From positions 4,836,001-4,900,000 of the forward strand of contig NC_043023.1 in NCBI RefSeq assembly GCF_006345805.1: 64,000 nt of DNA, given 5' to 3'. Positions 38,450 to 50,104 of this stretch are shown here, one piece after another. A program made the translations under genes and the position numbers. The DNA is from Octopus sinensis (lineage: Eukaryota). The notes under the pieces are model-generated. The model was not told where the DNA came from and made no database searches. It was given only the letters and a program-made list of their open reading frames with translations. Every line of letters begins with the position of its first letter. Position 1 is the stretch's first letter.

Positions 38450-39150
38450 CTGTAGCCATTCTTTTTATTCATTTACTTGTTTCAGACTGTAGCCATGCTG
38501 GAGCACAGCCGTGAAGAGTTTTTTCAGTTGAACAAATCACCCCCAGGACTTATTTTTTTAAAGCCTAGTACTTATTCTATACAGCCTCTTTTGCTAAACT
38601 GCTATGTTGTGGGAATGTAAACATACCAACACTGGTTGTCAAGCTGTGATGGCGGGACAAACACACACATATATATACGACAGGCTTCTTTCAGTCTCCA
38701 TCTACAAAATCCACTCACAAGGCTTTGGTCAGCCTGAGGCTGTAGTAGGGGACACTTGTCCGAGATGCCACACAGTTAGACTGAGCCTGGAACCATGTGA
38801 TTGGGAAGCAAGATTCTTATTTCTTTACTGCCCACAAGGGGCTACACACAAAGAGGACAAACAAGGACAGACAAATGGATTAAGTCGATTATATCAACCC
38901 CAGTGCGTAACTGGTACTTATTTAATCGGCCCCGAAAGGATGAAAGGCAAAGTTGACCTTGGTGGAATTTGAACTCAGAACATAGCAGCTGACGAAATAC
39001 CGCTTAACATTTCGCCTGGTGTGCTAACGTTTCTGCCAGCTCGCCGCCTTTCTTTTTTTTTGTTTTCTCTCTTAATAGATTTTTGCTAGAACACTCTTGC
39101 AGATCGTGTCGTTCGCAGGAAGCAAGCTTCTTACTACACAGCCACACCTG
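38450..39150 (-). mobile_element. SINE1 interrupted by a SINE2 insertion (38819-39117)
   Basis: TSD GGAAGCAAGATTCTT (38804-38818) / GGAAGCAAGCTTCTT (39118-39132). Confidence 0.85.
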
Positions 39151-40593
39151 CACCTATGTGCACATCCAGGATGTGACACTTGACAATTTCTTTTACTTGC
39201 CAGGTCTGGAGGAAGGGGTGAGCTTTTGGTCACCCCAGGCCTTTCTAGGCCAATTAATGTTTATCATGAACTGTTGCAAGTCAACACTTGAGGACAAAAT
39301 GTGAACAGGGAGGGAATTCTTGAGGGATTATGTTCTGGAAAGGAAGGACAGCGTAAGGGTTAGTGCAGAATGTAGCAGAGACAAGCAAGCCGGGAATTCC
39401 CTGGGTGGAGGTAACACGAACCCAGATTGTTCTGAGGAGAAAACACCATTATAGCATTGATAGAAAAAGTGTAGTGGCACAGATGTGGCTGTGTGGTAAG
39501 AAGCTTGCTTCCCAACCACATGGTTCCGGGTTCAGTCCCACTGCATGATACCTTGGACAAGTGTCTTATATTGTAGCCTCAGGCCAACCAAAGCCTTGTG
39601 AGTGGATTTGGTAGATGAAGACTGAAAGAAGCCCATCGTGTGTGTTTTTGTGTCTGTGTATGTCCCTGCAACTTAGCAGTTTGGCAAAAAAGACTTTTAA
39701 AATAAGTATCAATCTTAAAAGAGAAAAGTACTGGAGCTGATTTGTTTGACTAAAATCTCTTTGAGGCAGTGCCCCAGCATGGCCACAGCCTAATGACTGA
39801 AACAGATAAAAGATACACTGTGAAGGCAACTAGTTCTAATCTAGTCTGGTTCTGTGTAAACATTCAAGAATAAGAAATGTGATGAGGATCAGAGATTAAA
39901 ATGATTGAAACATAATAAAGGGAAAATTAATTAGTTTGAAAAATTACCATCTAATTAGCAACAACCCTTTACAGCTGATGATATTTTCACTTTCAAATAA
40001 CTCAGTGCTGTCCCTTGTTATAACGGGGAATATAGGCAGAAAGTAGGGTTAAGGAGGCCTGAGAAAGTGAAAGAGATGAAGTTGAAGAGAATCTGAAAGG
40101 ATTTAGGGGAGGGGTTTCAATGCAGGTTAAGCGAATGGTAGGGGTGTCATGGAGAGAGCAGAGAGGAAGAGATGATGGAGAAGCTTTGAAGAGAGAATGA
40201 GGGGTGGGCCACAAGATGCGTTATGCATACCCATGAAACATGGGTTACAATTCCCCTTGTTTGAAGGGCTGGCATGGTTTTGGTACATCAACCCATTGTC
40301 CCCCATCCCGGTCCTTCCTTACTCTAAGAGTTTTTTTTTTTGCTTTTCCCTTATCTCTGTCGTTCTGTCCAGCTTCTGTCACACCGACCCACCCCTGCTC
40401 CACTCTCCCCTCTTTCTCTCCTCAAAGCTTCACCTCCACCTCTGCTCTCTCCAACAAACATGGGCTACAATTAATGTGTGGTCCATGTTTGTTGGTTGTA
40501 CCCTGTCTTGTGGTCTTTATTTGCAGGAGAGATGTTACATCAGCTGTGGCCCCTACTTGTATGTTTTTATTTTATTTTTTCCTTTCTTTGCAG

Positions 40594-40703
40594 CCAAAAG
40601 CACCAAAGGCCAAAGTTGGCCAGGATAAAAAGGCAATCCATCCTAACAGTCGGAAAGCCATGGTTCTGGCACGGAACATTTCTCATGACAAACGGTTGAT
40701 AAA
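40594..40703 (+). CDS. TMA16: TMA16 exon 2
   Basis: TTTGCAG/GTGAGT. Encodes PKAPKAKVGQDKKAIHPNSRKAMVLARNISHDKRLI, versus recalled human MPKAPKGKSAGREKKVIHPYSRKA. Confidence 0.95.
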
Positions 40704-41569
40704 GTGAGTTGTCTTTACCCCTAAATATTCTTTTGGATGATCTTTGTGTAACCAGCTTTTTTTCTGTTTTACAAGGATTTTTATTCTACAGGTCAATGAA
40801 TGAACAGAATGTCAACATGATAACACTGGCTTGTGTGTGTGTCTATGTTTGTCCCCCCAACATCGATTGACAACCGATGCTGGTGTGTTTATGTCCTTGT
40901 AACTTAGCGGTTTGGCAAAAGAGGCCGATAGAATAAGTACTAGGCTTACAAAGAATAGGTCCTGGGGTCGATTTGCGGTGCTCCAGCATGGCCACAGTCA
41001 AATGACTGAAACAGGTAAAAGAGTAAGAGACTAAAGAGTAACCCCCTACCCCACTTATACACACACACACATGCGTACCTGGCACCCCTGCTGGTAACAT
41101 GTAAAAGGCACCCTTCAAACTTGCGTGATATGCCATGCTTGAGAAAACCCGTCAGGCCAATTGAAATTTTAGTCATGGTCAACACCAGTGGCACATAGAA
41201 AGCACCCTTTGAACCTTGGGCCTCATGGAGGCAGTGACAAGGGACTGAGGCCTTTGGTGATATGCTGTGCTCGAGAACACTTGTGAAGTCAAGTGAGATC
41301 GTGGTCATGGCCATTGCTGGTGTTTTGTAATTGGCACCCATGCCAGATGCTGGCAAAAAGCACCCACTACACTCTTGGAGTGGTTGGCATTAGGAAGGAC
41401 ATCCAGCTGTAGAAACCATGTCAAATCAGATTGGAACCTGGTGCAGCATAAATATTGTAATGTGCTGGTGTATCTCAGGCAACATAGTTGTGGTCTAGTG
41501 CAGAGAGAAAACAAGGGTATATGCAGACCACGCGCTACTAGTAGGTTCTATATATATATGTATATATCT

Positions 41570-41775
41570 ATCCAAATATCCATTTGTCTTTCTGTTTGTT
41601 CATCCATCTGTCTATCTATCCATTTGTCTATATGTCTGTTTATCCACCTATTTATCTATCTCTCGGTCTGTCTATCTATTTATCCATCTGTCTGTCTATC
41701 CATCTGTCTATCTATCTATCTATCTATCTGTTTATCCATCTGTCTGTTTATCGATCTATCTATCTCTTTGTCTGT
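41570..41775. repeat. (TCTA/TCTG/TCCA)n compound tetranucleotide repeat
   Basis: Direct reading. Confidence 0.9.
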
Positions 41776-43002
41776 CTTAAAACTTTGATCATTTCTGTAG
41801 TGTCTCAAAAGTTCTCTTGGGGGATTTTTTGGTATTTAAAACAAGGGTTTCCGAACAGTTTATATAATTTGTTAAAATCCAACCCTTTCACACTGCCTTG
41901 GCTTTTCATTTTCCATTTTTTAATTTCATTTCTCCATTGTTACTCTCTTTTACTCTTTCATTTCTCCTCTCCTCTTCATAAGGCTCTGACTTCTTTTCAC
42001 TTCTCTCAGCTAAATGTCCACCATTTCATTCTGATACTTCACTCTCCCCCTTTCACCTTCCCAACATCTGCTGATGGCATTACACTGTTGTCTCTCTCTC
42101 TACACTTTTACTCTTTTACTTGTTTCAGTCATTTGACTGCGGCCATGCTGGAGCACCGCCTTTAGTCGAGCAAATTGACCCCAGGACTTATTCTTTTGTA
42201 AGTCTAGTACTTATTCTATCGGTCTCTTTTGCCGAACCACTAAGTTACGGGGACGTAAACACACCAGCATCGGTTGTCAAGTAATGTTGGGGTGGACAAA
42301 CACAGACACACAAACACATATATATACATATACACGATGGGCTTCTTTCAGTTTCCGTCTACCAAATCCACTCACACGGCTTTGGTCGGCCCGAGGCTAT
42401 AGTAGAAGACACTTGCTCATGGTGCCACGCAGTGGGACTGAACCCGGAACTATGTGGTTGGTAAGCAAGCTACTTACCACACAGCCACTCCTACGCCTAC
42501 TATAAATATTGTGTTTATGTTTGTGTCTCGTTGCCTTGACATTACATGGTAATTGTACGTGACTGTCACCATCGTACAAGTAGCGTTATTCACTTGGACC
42601 TTGTGTCGGTGTCACATAAAAAAAAACCTCCTTTGTTGGTGCCCATGCTGGTGCCACTTTAAATGCACCCATACCACTCTGTAAAGTGGTTGGCATCAGG
42701 AAGGGCATCCAGCCATAGAAACCAAGCCAAATCAAGCCAGAACCTGGTACAGCTCCCTGTCCAACCCATGCCAGCATGGAAAATGGATGTGTGATGGTGA
42801 TGATGATGTCCAACCATGAAGAAATATTTACCTTCCTTTGAAATGTGAGGTTTGGCAACAGCAAAAGCATCCAGCTGTCGAAAACTGGGCATTAAAATGA
42901 TGAGAATGTCTCTACTTTTAAAATTATAATTATTTTTTCACAGACTCATTTAAAGTGAAGTGGAAGCACTAAGCAGCGATGTGTGTATACATGAAATGTT
43001 TT

Positions 43003-43424
43003 TTACCAGTTCAAATATGCCAGTGGCACGTTCACACTTGTAAGCAAGCCATTCATTATGTTTTATCTTGGAGAAAATTTCTCACTGTAGACAAATGAGC
43101 TTGCGGAGCCATCTGTCCAGACAGTGAGATGCAAGCATTTTGGAATGGTCATCTCCACTTCAATCACAGAAACCGAATAGTGGTGCTGCAAGCTGATAAG
43201 AGAGACAATTTCTCATGTGTTATTCCATTGCTGTGCCACTGTGACTCAAGAGAAGATAACCACTCCAGAATGCTTGCATATCACAATCTGGATAGGTGGC
43301 ACTGTGAGCTGATTTAGGTGTACTTACACCATTTGTCTACAGCAAGAAAGTTTCTCCATGACAAAACACAGTAAATCGCTTGTTCGCAAGTTCAAACTTG
43401 CCACTGGTATATTCGAACTGGTAA
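43003..43424. mobile_element. 422-bp fold-back MITE
   Basis: TTACCAGTTCAAATATGCCAGTGGCA / TGCCACTGGTATATTCGAACTGGTAA termini, with further internal inverse matches (TTGTCTACAG, ATGCAAGCATT). Confidence 0.8.
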
Positions 43425-43471
43425 TAACATTGCATTTTAAAGCATTTAAAATTTTTCTTTTTTATTTCTAG

Positions 43472-43509
43472 GAGTAAAAAAGAAAGAGTATCAAAGCTTA
43501 ACTTTTTTA
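43472..43509 (+). CDS. TMA16: TMA16 exon 3 (38 nt)
   Basis: TTTCTAG/GTGAGT. Encodes (K)SKKERVSKLNFF(I) and joins exons 2 and 4 in frame. Confidence 0.9.
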
Positions 43510-43537
43510 GTGAGTATCAATTTGTTTATTAAATACA

Positions 43538-44332
43538 TCTATATATATAAAACTCAACTTGTGTATCTGTGTGTTTAACTTCCCGGCAAATCTCCTCCTA
43601 GCCAACAAATCGTAAAACCACCAAAAATGGGTCACTTAAAGTTTAGGCGAATGAAAATTGAACTGCGCTATTTCTGTTCCGAAATTCATCTCGCAAGTGC
43701 AAAAATCGATAATGTGTTTGTTTAGGCCTTATCCCATGCATTGAATAGTGAACTTTACTCAGTCAGCTGTTTGACGTGAACTGTGTTCACCGCGTGCGTA
43801 AATTGCATGAAAAGTAAAAAATCAAGATATAAAAACGAATCACCGTAAACATTGTAGAAATTCGGCAAAGAAATGAATTTTCGGGATGTAGCCTGGAGGG
43901 TTTTTTCGTATTAATCGTTTGGACTTTGTGAACACATACCAATTCTTTTCATAACATTTTTAACGCTTTGAATTAAATGTGACCATTTTCTGTTGAGTCT
44001 GCAGTTTGAATCACTTTAACCAAATTTTAGCAGGCCGGATTTTTGATCATCACGATACACCACCAGCGACTCCCTGAAACTCTCCCCTGAAATCCCCGTT
44101 GAGAAATTCTTATCTAAAAGAATAATTCAACAAGGCAATTATTTGATCAACCAAAAATTTATGAAATGCTTCTACGTACTTCCTATTGAGGAAATGGAAC
44201 ACATTAGCCCAAAAATAGAGGGCATTAAATGCTTGATTTTAAAACCAAAATAATTGAATTTTGATTGAATTTGATCCAAGTTTAGCTTAATTCATGCATG
44301 CATAGAATGCATGAGCCGGGCAATACTGCTAG
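43538..44332 (+). mobile_element. Non-autonomous Helitron-like element
   Basis: Starts A|TCTATATATATAAAA and ends CTAG|T (A-T target, no TSD), with a GC-rich GAGCCGGGC subterminal stretch. Confidence 0.65.
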
Positions 44333-44852
44333 TCAATAATAAACATTGCTTGAACTTCTAGATATGGCCTAGTGGTTAGGGTAAGGTCATGGTTTCAGTT
44401 TTCAGACTAGGCAGTGTGTTGTGTTCTTGAGCAAAACGCTTCATTTCACGTTGCTCCAGTCCACTCGGCTGAAAATAGGTTCCAGCAACAACTGAGGATG
44501 GTGGATTACCATTTGCATAGACACACTGTTTCTCAACCATTTCTTGCCTAGGGACCCTTTTGATCCCTTTTTTTACTCTACTGGACCCTCCAATCCATTC
44601 AATGTTTAAATAAATCCTATTATATTTTTATAATTAAATATTATTAGGAATTGTATTCTCTTTTACTTGTTTCAGTCATTTGACTGTGGCCATGCTGGAG
44701 CACCACCTTTAGTCGAGCAAATCGACCCCAGGACTTATTTTTTTTAAGCCTAGTACTTATTCTATCGGATCTCTTTTGCCGAACCGCTAAGTTACAGGGG
44801 ACGCAAACACACCAACATCGGTTGTCAAGCGATATTGGGTGGACAAACACAT

Positions 44853-44912
<60 letters not shown>

Positions 44913-45399
44913 GCATAATACGACAGGCTTCTTTCAGTTTCCGTGTACCAAATCTACTCACAAGGCTTTGGTCGGCCCGAGGCTATAGTAGAAGACACTT
45001 GCCCAAGGTGCCGCGCAGTGGGACTGAACCCAGAACCATGTGGTTGGTAAGCAAGCTACTTACCATGCAACCACTCCTATTTTGTGTTGTAGAACTTATT
45101 GCAGATAAATTTCATCAACAAAATCTTGTGTGGACCCCAAAGGTCATAAGGACCCCACTTAAGAACCATTGGTCCAGATGGAGGGGATAGGGTTATTGTA
45201 CCCTGTGGAAACAGGGATAAGCTCTGGCCTAATGAGCCCACAGACTTAAGATATGACATGACCCAGGAACAGAGCAACAAATGGGACTCTGGTTCTTCAG
45301 TCTACTAGAAATAGCAACCAAATTTAGACTTCATTAGATTAGGATGTCCCACAAATATCTTCCTTTCTTTTTTGATTTAGGGTTGAAATAGTAAGGGAG

Positions 45400-45905
45400 A
45401 ATTAATTTGATTGCTCAGTCTGCTAGAAATAGCAGCTAAATCACCATGTAATTATACCCTGTTATCTTAACAAAAAGGAAGGACATCTGGGATAATGTAG
45501 TTCTAGATATCTGAATAAAAAGCAGGATAATCAAAGCTGTAACCTCCTTGATGATAGGTCTGCTGCAACAGAGCAGACCCGGGGCTAAACAACTACTGCT
45601 ACTCTAGCCACTAATATACTATACATTAGATAATGTAGTCCTAGATACACTATGTTTGAATATAAGATGGGATGGTCACAGCTGGAACATCTTTGATCAT
45701 AGATGAGCTGGATCAAGACTGACCTAGGGCCAAATGACATCATCAAATATAGCCACTGATACTAACTACTATACTATACATTAGATAATGTAGTCCTAGA
45801 TACACTATGCCTGAATAAAAGATGGGATGGTCACGGTTGGAACATATTTGATTATAGGTCTACTGGATCAGGACTGATCTGGCAGGTGGGGGCACTAAAC
45901 AACTA
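45400..45905. repeat. Three diverged tandem copies of an about 155-bp repeat
   Basis: Recurring GATAATGTAGTCCTAGATAC...GATGGGATGGTCAC...GATCATAG blocks. Confidence 0.6.
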
Positions 45906-45926
45906 CAACTATAGCCTCTAATACTA

Positions 45927-46339
45927 TTGTTCGTATCCTTTTGACTTGGGAGGCAGTGGAGTTGCGCATAAACTAATTCAGTCTGGTTTTTACATTTCAT
46001 GTCCTCTCTAGTTTTGCGCAGGCCTGGGCTAGAAATAAGAAAATCCTGGGTAGCCCAATCGTCAGGATTCCTTTCTCAACTTTACTGACGTAGTCCAAAG
46101 GAGTGCAGAGCATTACGTTTGGCACCAGCTTGGTTGCAGGAGCTACCGGAAGAGTGTCGAGTCGAACACTAAACCATCTACGGGGCTCTGCTCCAGATTT
46201 CTTTGAAGGTTGTCTCCTTCCCGTAACCATGGATAGGAGTCCATACCGGGTACTGCCAGCTGAGCCCGGGACTCGTGTCAGGCAGGGTCGTCACTCCCTG
46301 AAGTAGTGAAGAAAATCGCTACCCACAGCCCACTCCCTG
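45927..46339 (-). mobile_element. 413-bp bipartite non-autonomous derivative of the RTE at 59797-63672
   Basis: Exact 15-bp TSD TAGCCTCTAATACTA (45912-45926, 46340-46354). About 340 bp match the RTE 5' end and about 70 bp match its 3' end, joined at AGGACA. Confidence 0.9.
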
Positions 46340-46490
46340 TAGCCTCTAATACTAACTACTGAATAATAAAACAACAAATGAATGCATTAAACTCTTCTTC
46401 TCCCTTGTTTAATCTCATAGAACCCTAACAATGTCTGATGATATCTGATACAATTATCTGTTATCTGTTCTTCTCTGTTAATAATTTCAG

Positions 46491-46575
46491 TTGAAAGATT
46501 GCAGTGGTTCAAAAATGAGTTGGAAAATTTCGAAGGCGCAATTTCTCTGTCAGAACAGACTAAATTGGTGATCAA
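46491..46575 (+). CDS. TMA16: TMA16 exon 4
   Basis: TTTCAG/GTGAGT. Encodes ERLQWFKNELENFEGAISLSEQTKLVI, versus recalled human EKLQWFQNHLD. Confidence 0.95.
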
Positions 46576-46921
46576 GTGAGTAGAGAGTCAGTATTTTCTT
46601 GGTTATGAAAAGGGTGCCTTGTCTTTTTGATGTGAGGAATGTGTACGTGATAGCAGAATTGTCTCAGTCTGTGAGCTGTATTTTCTGTATGTAGTGGAGG
46701 CACATGGCTCTAATGTTTTGAGCAGTGGACTCATGGTTGACATTGTAGGGTAGGAGTGAGAGGCCAATTTCAACATAAAACAGCTAGAATATTTGGGCCA
46801 GAAACGGCTAAAGGGTTAATATCTTACCCCAAACAAGTAATATTGCTTCTTTAATAAATGTCTGCAGTGTTTCTCTCAAAGATTTCATTTCTGTTGCTGT
46901 CTTCTCTGTGTCTTCACTCAG

Positions 46922-47070
46922 GTACCTGGAAAGGTTTCAAGATGAACTGGATCAGATAAAGATTATCAATAGCATTGGCAAACGGAAAGGTGTCCGCCAT
47001 GCTTCTCGAGAGGCATCAATTAAGATGACCATCGATATGGAAAGGGCTCAGTTCAAAGGTGAAGGTCTTG
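46922..47070 (+). CDS. TMA16: TMA16 exon 5
   Basis: CACTCAG/GTAAGT. Encodes YLERFQDELDQIKIINSIGKRKGVRHASREASIKMTIDMERAQFKGEGL, versus recalled human YLNRFSSELEQIELHNSI...RHCSRE. Confidence 0.97.
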
Positions 47071-47196
47071 GTAAGTACTTGACTGCACTTCACTGCCAAC
47101 TCATTCAGTTGGCTCCTTTTTTTTTTGGTTTTCTTAATATGAAATCTGGGGTCATTTTCATCATCGAGAATGAAACGTAAATCATGGTAACTGTTG

Positions 47197-47325
47197 AAGC
47201 ATGTTACATCACCTGATGAGGCTCTTCTGCACTGTGCATTGCATCTGATGCCATTACATCATCCCATACCCATGAGGGAGTAGTGCAGAATAAAGCCAAA
47301 ACAATTGTAGTGCTAATAAAGCTTC
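47197..47325 (+). ncRNA. Type I hammerhead ribozyme-like fold with a G12A core change
   Basis: CAC-CTGATGA (47213-47219), stem II GGCT/AGCC extended by TTCTGCACT/AGTGCAGAA, AAAA in place of GAAA, stem III AC-AATT-GT, GUA site, then GTG closing stem I. Confidence 0.6.
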
Positions 47326-49653
47326 TGGTTACGCTCTATTTTCTGTATCAGTCATTTGAAATATATATCATGGCACTTAATCGGTTATGATGGCAAGAGT
47401 TCCAGTTGATCCAATCAACAGAAATTAATGTGCAAGTGGCTGAGCACTCCACAGACACATGTACCCTTAATGTAGTTCTTGGGGAGAATCAGTGTGATAT
47501 GGCTGGCCCTTTGAAATATAGGTACAACAGAAACAGGAAGAAAGTTGTGGTGAAAGAGTACAGCAGGGTTCCCCCCCCACCACCACCACCACCGGAGCCT
47601 CATGGAGCTTTAGGTGTTTTTGCTCAATAAACACTCACAGTGCCCGGTCTGGGAATCAAAACCATGATCCTACGACCGCAAGTCTGCTACCCTAACTACT
47701 GGGACATTGTACCTCCACACACACACACACACAGATATATATATGTATATACCGGAGTAAACACATAAATGTGAAACAAGGTGGGAAAAAGAGTACTCAA
47801 ATACCAGTGGTAGAGTAATATACTTTATTTAAAGCAGCAGAAAATTCAACAAAACCTGTTACTCTGAGTTTCACGTTTCCGTTCGTCGGACAGTTTTCAC
47901 CAAGAACTACATTAAGGGTACATGTGTCTGTGGAGTGCTCAGCACATTAATTTCGCAAGCACATTAATTTCTGTTGATTGGATCAACTGGAACTCTTGCC
48001 ATCATAACCGATTGAGTGCCACGATATATATTTCAAATGACTGATACAGAAAATTGTCCGACGAACGGAAACGTGAAATTCAGAGTAACAGGTTTTGTTG
48101 AATTTTCTATTCCTTTAAATAAAGTATGTATATATATATATATGTATATATAATTAAAAATGAGGGTGTCTAAGATACACCAACATGCCGAAATAGCAGT
48201 CGAAATTCTGACTATAAAACCACGTTAAGTTCATATCGTACCTTGAGATAAGACAGAGGGACAAAATATACAAGCAAAAATTAGACACCCTCATTTTTAA
48301 TTGTTAAAAATTATTACCTTTGTACGGTATTTTTTCCATGCTGGCCACTTGATAATATTGATACTTAAATATCGATATTATCCTCATATATAAATATATG
48401 TATATATATGTATATGTATATATATGTGTGTGTATATATATATATATATATAATATAAGTTCAGCAAAATTTAGATTCAGATGAACATGGTACTTAAGTT
48501 AAAGGCACCAGAATTTTGTATGGTATTATCCATATAAATCAAATGGGGTGATTATAATCAAAATAAGCAACAAGGATATCCAAGGTAGAGTAGTACAATT
48601 GTTTCATGCTACTTCATTTTATTAAACACTGTAAGTATTACATCAGTTTTAAAATGTCGAGCAATCTTCAGCCACATATAAAATTTTCCAATTAAACGGA
48701 CAGTGCACATTCTTATATATACACATACTTACATGCAAGATTGACATGACAAATCACATTTGGCATGGGAGACTGTTCATAGAAAATCAAGTGAATACTC
48801 TCTCCACCACTAATGTCACTCCTCTCAGCCCTGTTAAATGAGTAACATCATCATCATTTAGCGTCCGCTTTCCATGCTAGCATGGGTTGGACGGTTCAAC
48901 TGGGGTCTGGGAAGCCAGAAGGCTGCACCAGGCCCAGTCTGATCTGGCAGTGTTTCTACGGCTGGATGCCCTTCCTAATGCCAACCACTCCGTGAGTGTA
49001 GTGGGTGCTTTTTATGTGCCACCCGCACAGGTGCCAGGCGAGGCTGGCAACGGCCACGAACAGATGGTGCTTTTTACGTGCCACCGGCACGGGGGCCAGG
49101 CGAGGCTGGCAACGGTACGAACGGATGGTGCTTTTTACGTGCCATGAATTGACTGAGGGAGCCTTTAATTCAAGATCCTTGTGATTTTCATCTCAAACTT
49201 GAATTCCCTGTGCCGTGAGTTGCTTCAAACAACATTGCTGAACACAACATCAACATCACAGTTAAAGAACAAAAGGAAAGCAACATTGTAAAATGTTAAT
49301 ATATTCTTTTTAGCTGTAACTTTAACAGAAAAAACTGTAACTTTAAGATGCATTTTTCTTTGAATTATGAGCTCGGTAATAATTCATTTGATTGTTATAA
49401 AAGGGCCAAATGCAACCCCTCTGTTAGATATATGAATGGATTGAAACCATAGAAGGATGATCTGTACCCAGAACTAAATTATTTTCCCACATAGTTTCAC
49501 AGTTAGTGACATTCCAACAGATCCCAAGCTGCCTGCCAGCCAGACTACATTAGAGTCTCAGATTACATTAGAGTCACTGTCCCATTGTTGTAAAAAAATA
49601 CTAAACTTCCTTTCTGAGTCATGTATTTGTATACATTTCATTTTCTCCTCCAG

Positions 49654-49696
49654 AAATTCCAGATTTGTTGAATCCAGATAATGTGTCAGTACTGAA
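49654..49696 (+). CDS. TMA16: TMA16 exon 6
   Basis: TCCTCCAG/GTAAGT. Encodes (E)IPDLLNPDNVSVL(K), versus recalled human EIPDILNASNLKTF. Confidence 0.95.
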
Positions 49697-50104
49697 GTAA
49701 GTATTACTTTTCACCCAATCTCTGACTCACTCTTTCTCAGAAGCACCCTCACTCCCTCTACTTCACCTCACCAGCTTTGATTATGGTTGATTTTAAACTT
49801 AGTATTTGTTCCCCAGCACATGTACAAAACCTGAAATTTGAGAGAGTTGGGTGTTGATTGCATTGATTTCAGTATTTGGTGCTGATGGCATGTAAAAAGC
49901 ACCATCCGAACGTGGCCGATGCCAGCACTGCCTTGACTGGCGTCTGTGCCAGTGGCACGTAAAAAGCACCCACTACACTCACTGAGAGACTGGCAATGTT
50001 GGTTTCCTTTTGTTCTTGAATTAAAGGCTCCCTCGGTCAATTCATCTGAAGGTTACTCATTTAACAGGGCTGAGGGTAGTGACATTAATGGTGGAAATAG
50101 TATT

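Noticed and set aside
39879-39978. Possible C/D snoRNA in TMA16 intron 1 (GTGATGA...CTGA)
   Set aside because: Weak terminal stem, no recognisable rRNA guide, and such boxes are frequent by chance in AT-rich DNA.
48055-48075. CCGACGA-ACG-GAAAC, hammerhead-like
   Set aside because: No room for stem II and no stem I partner.
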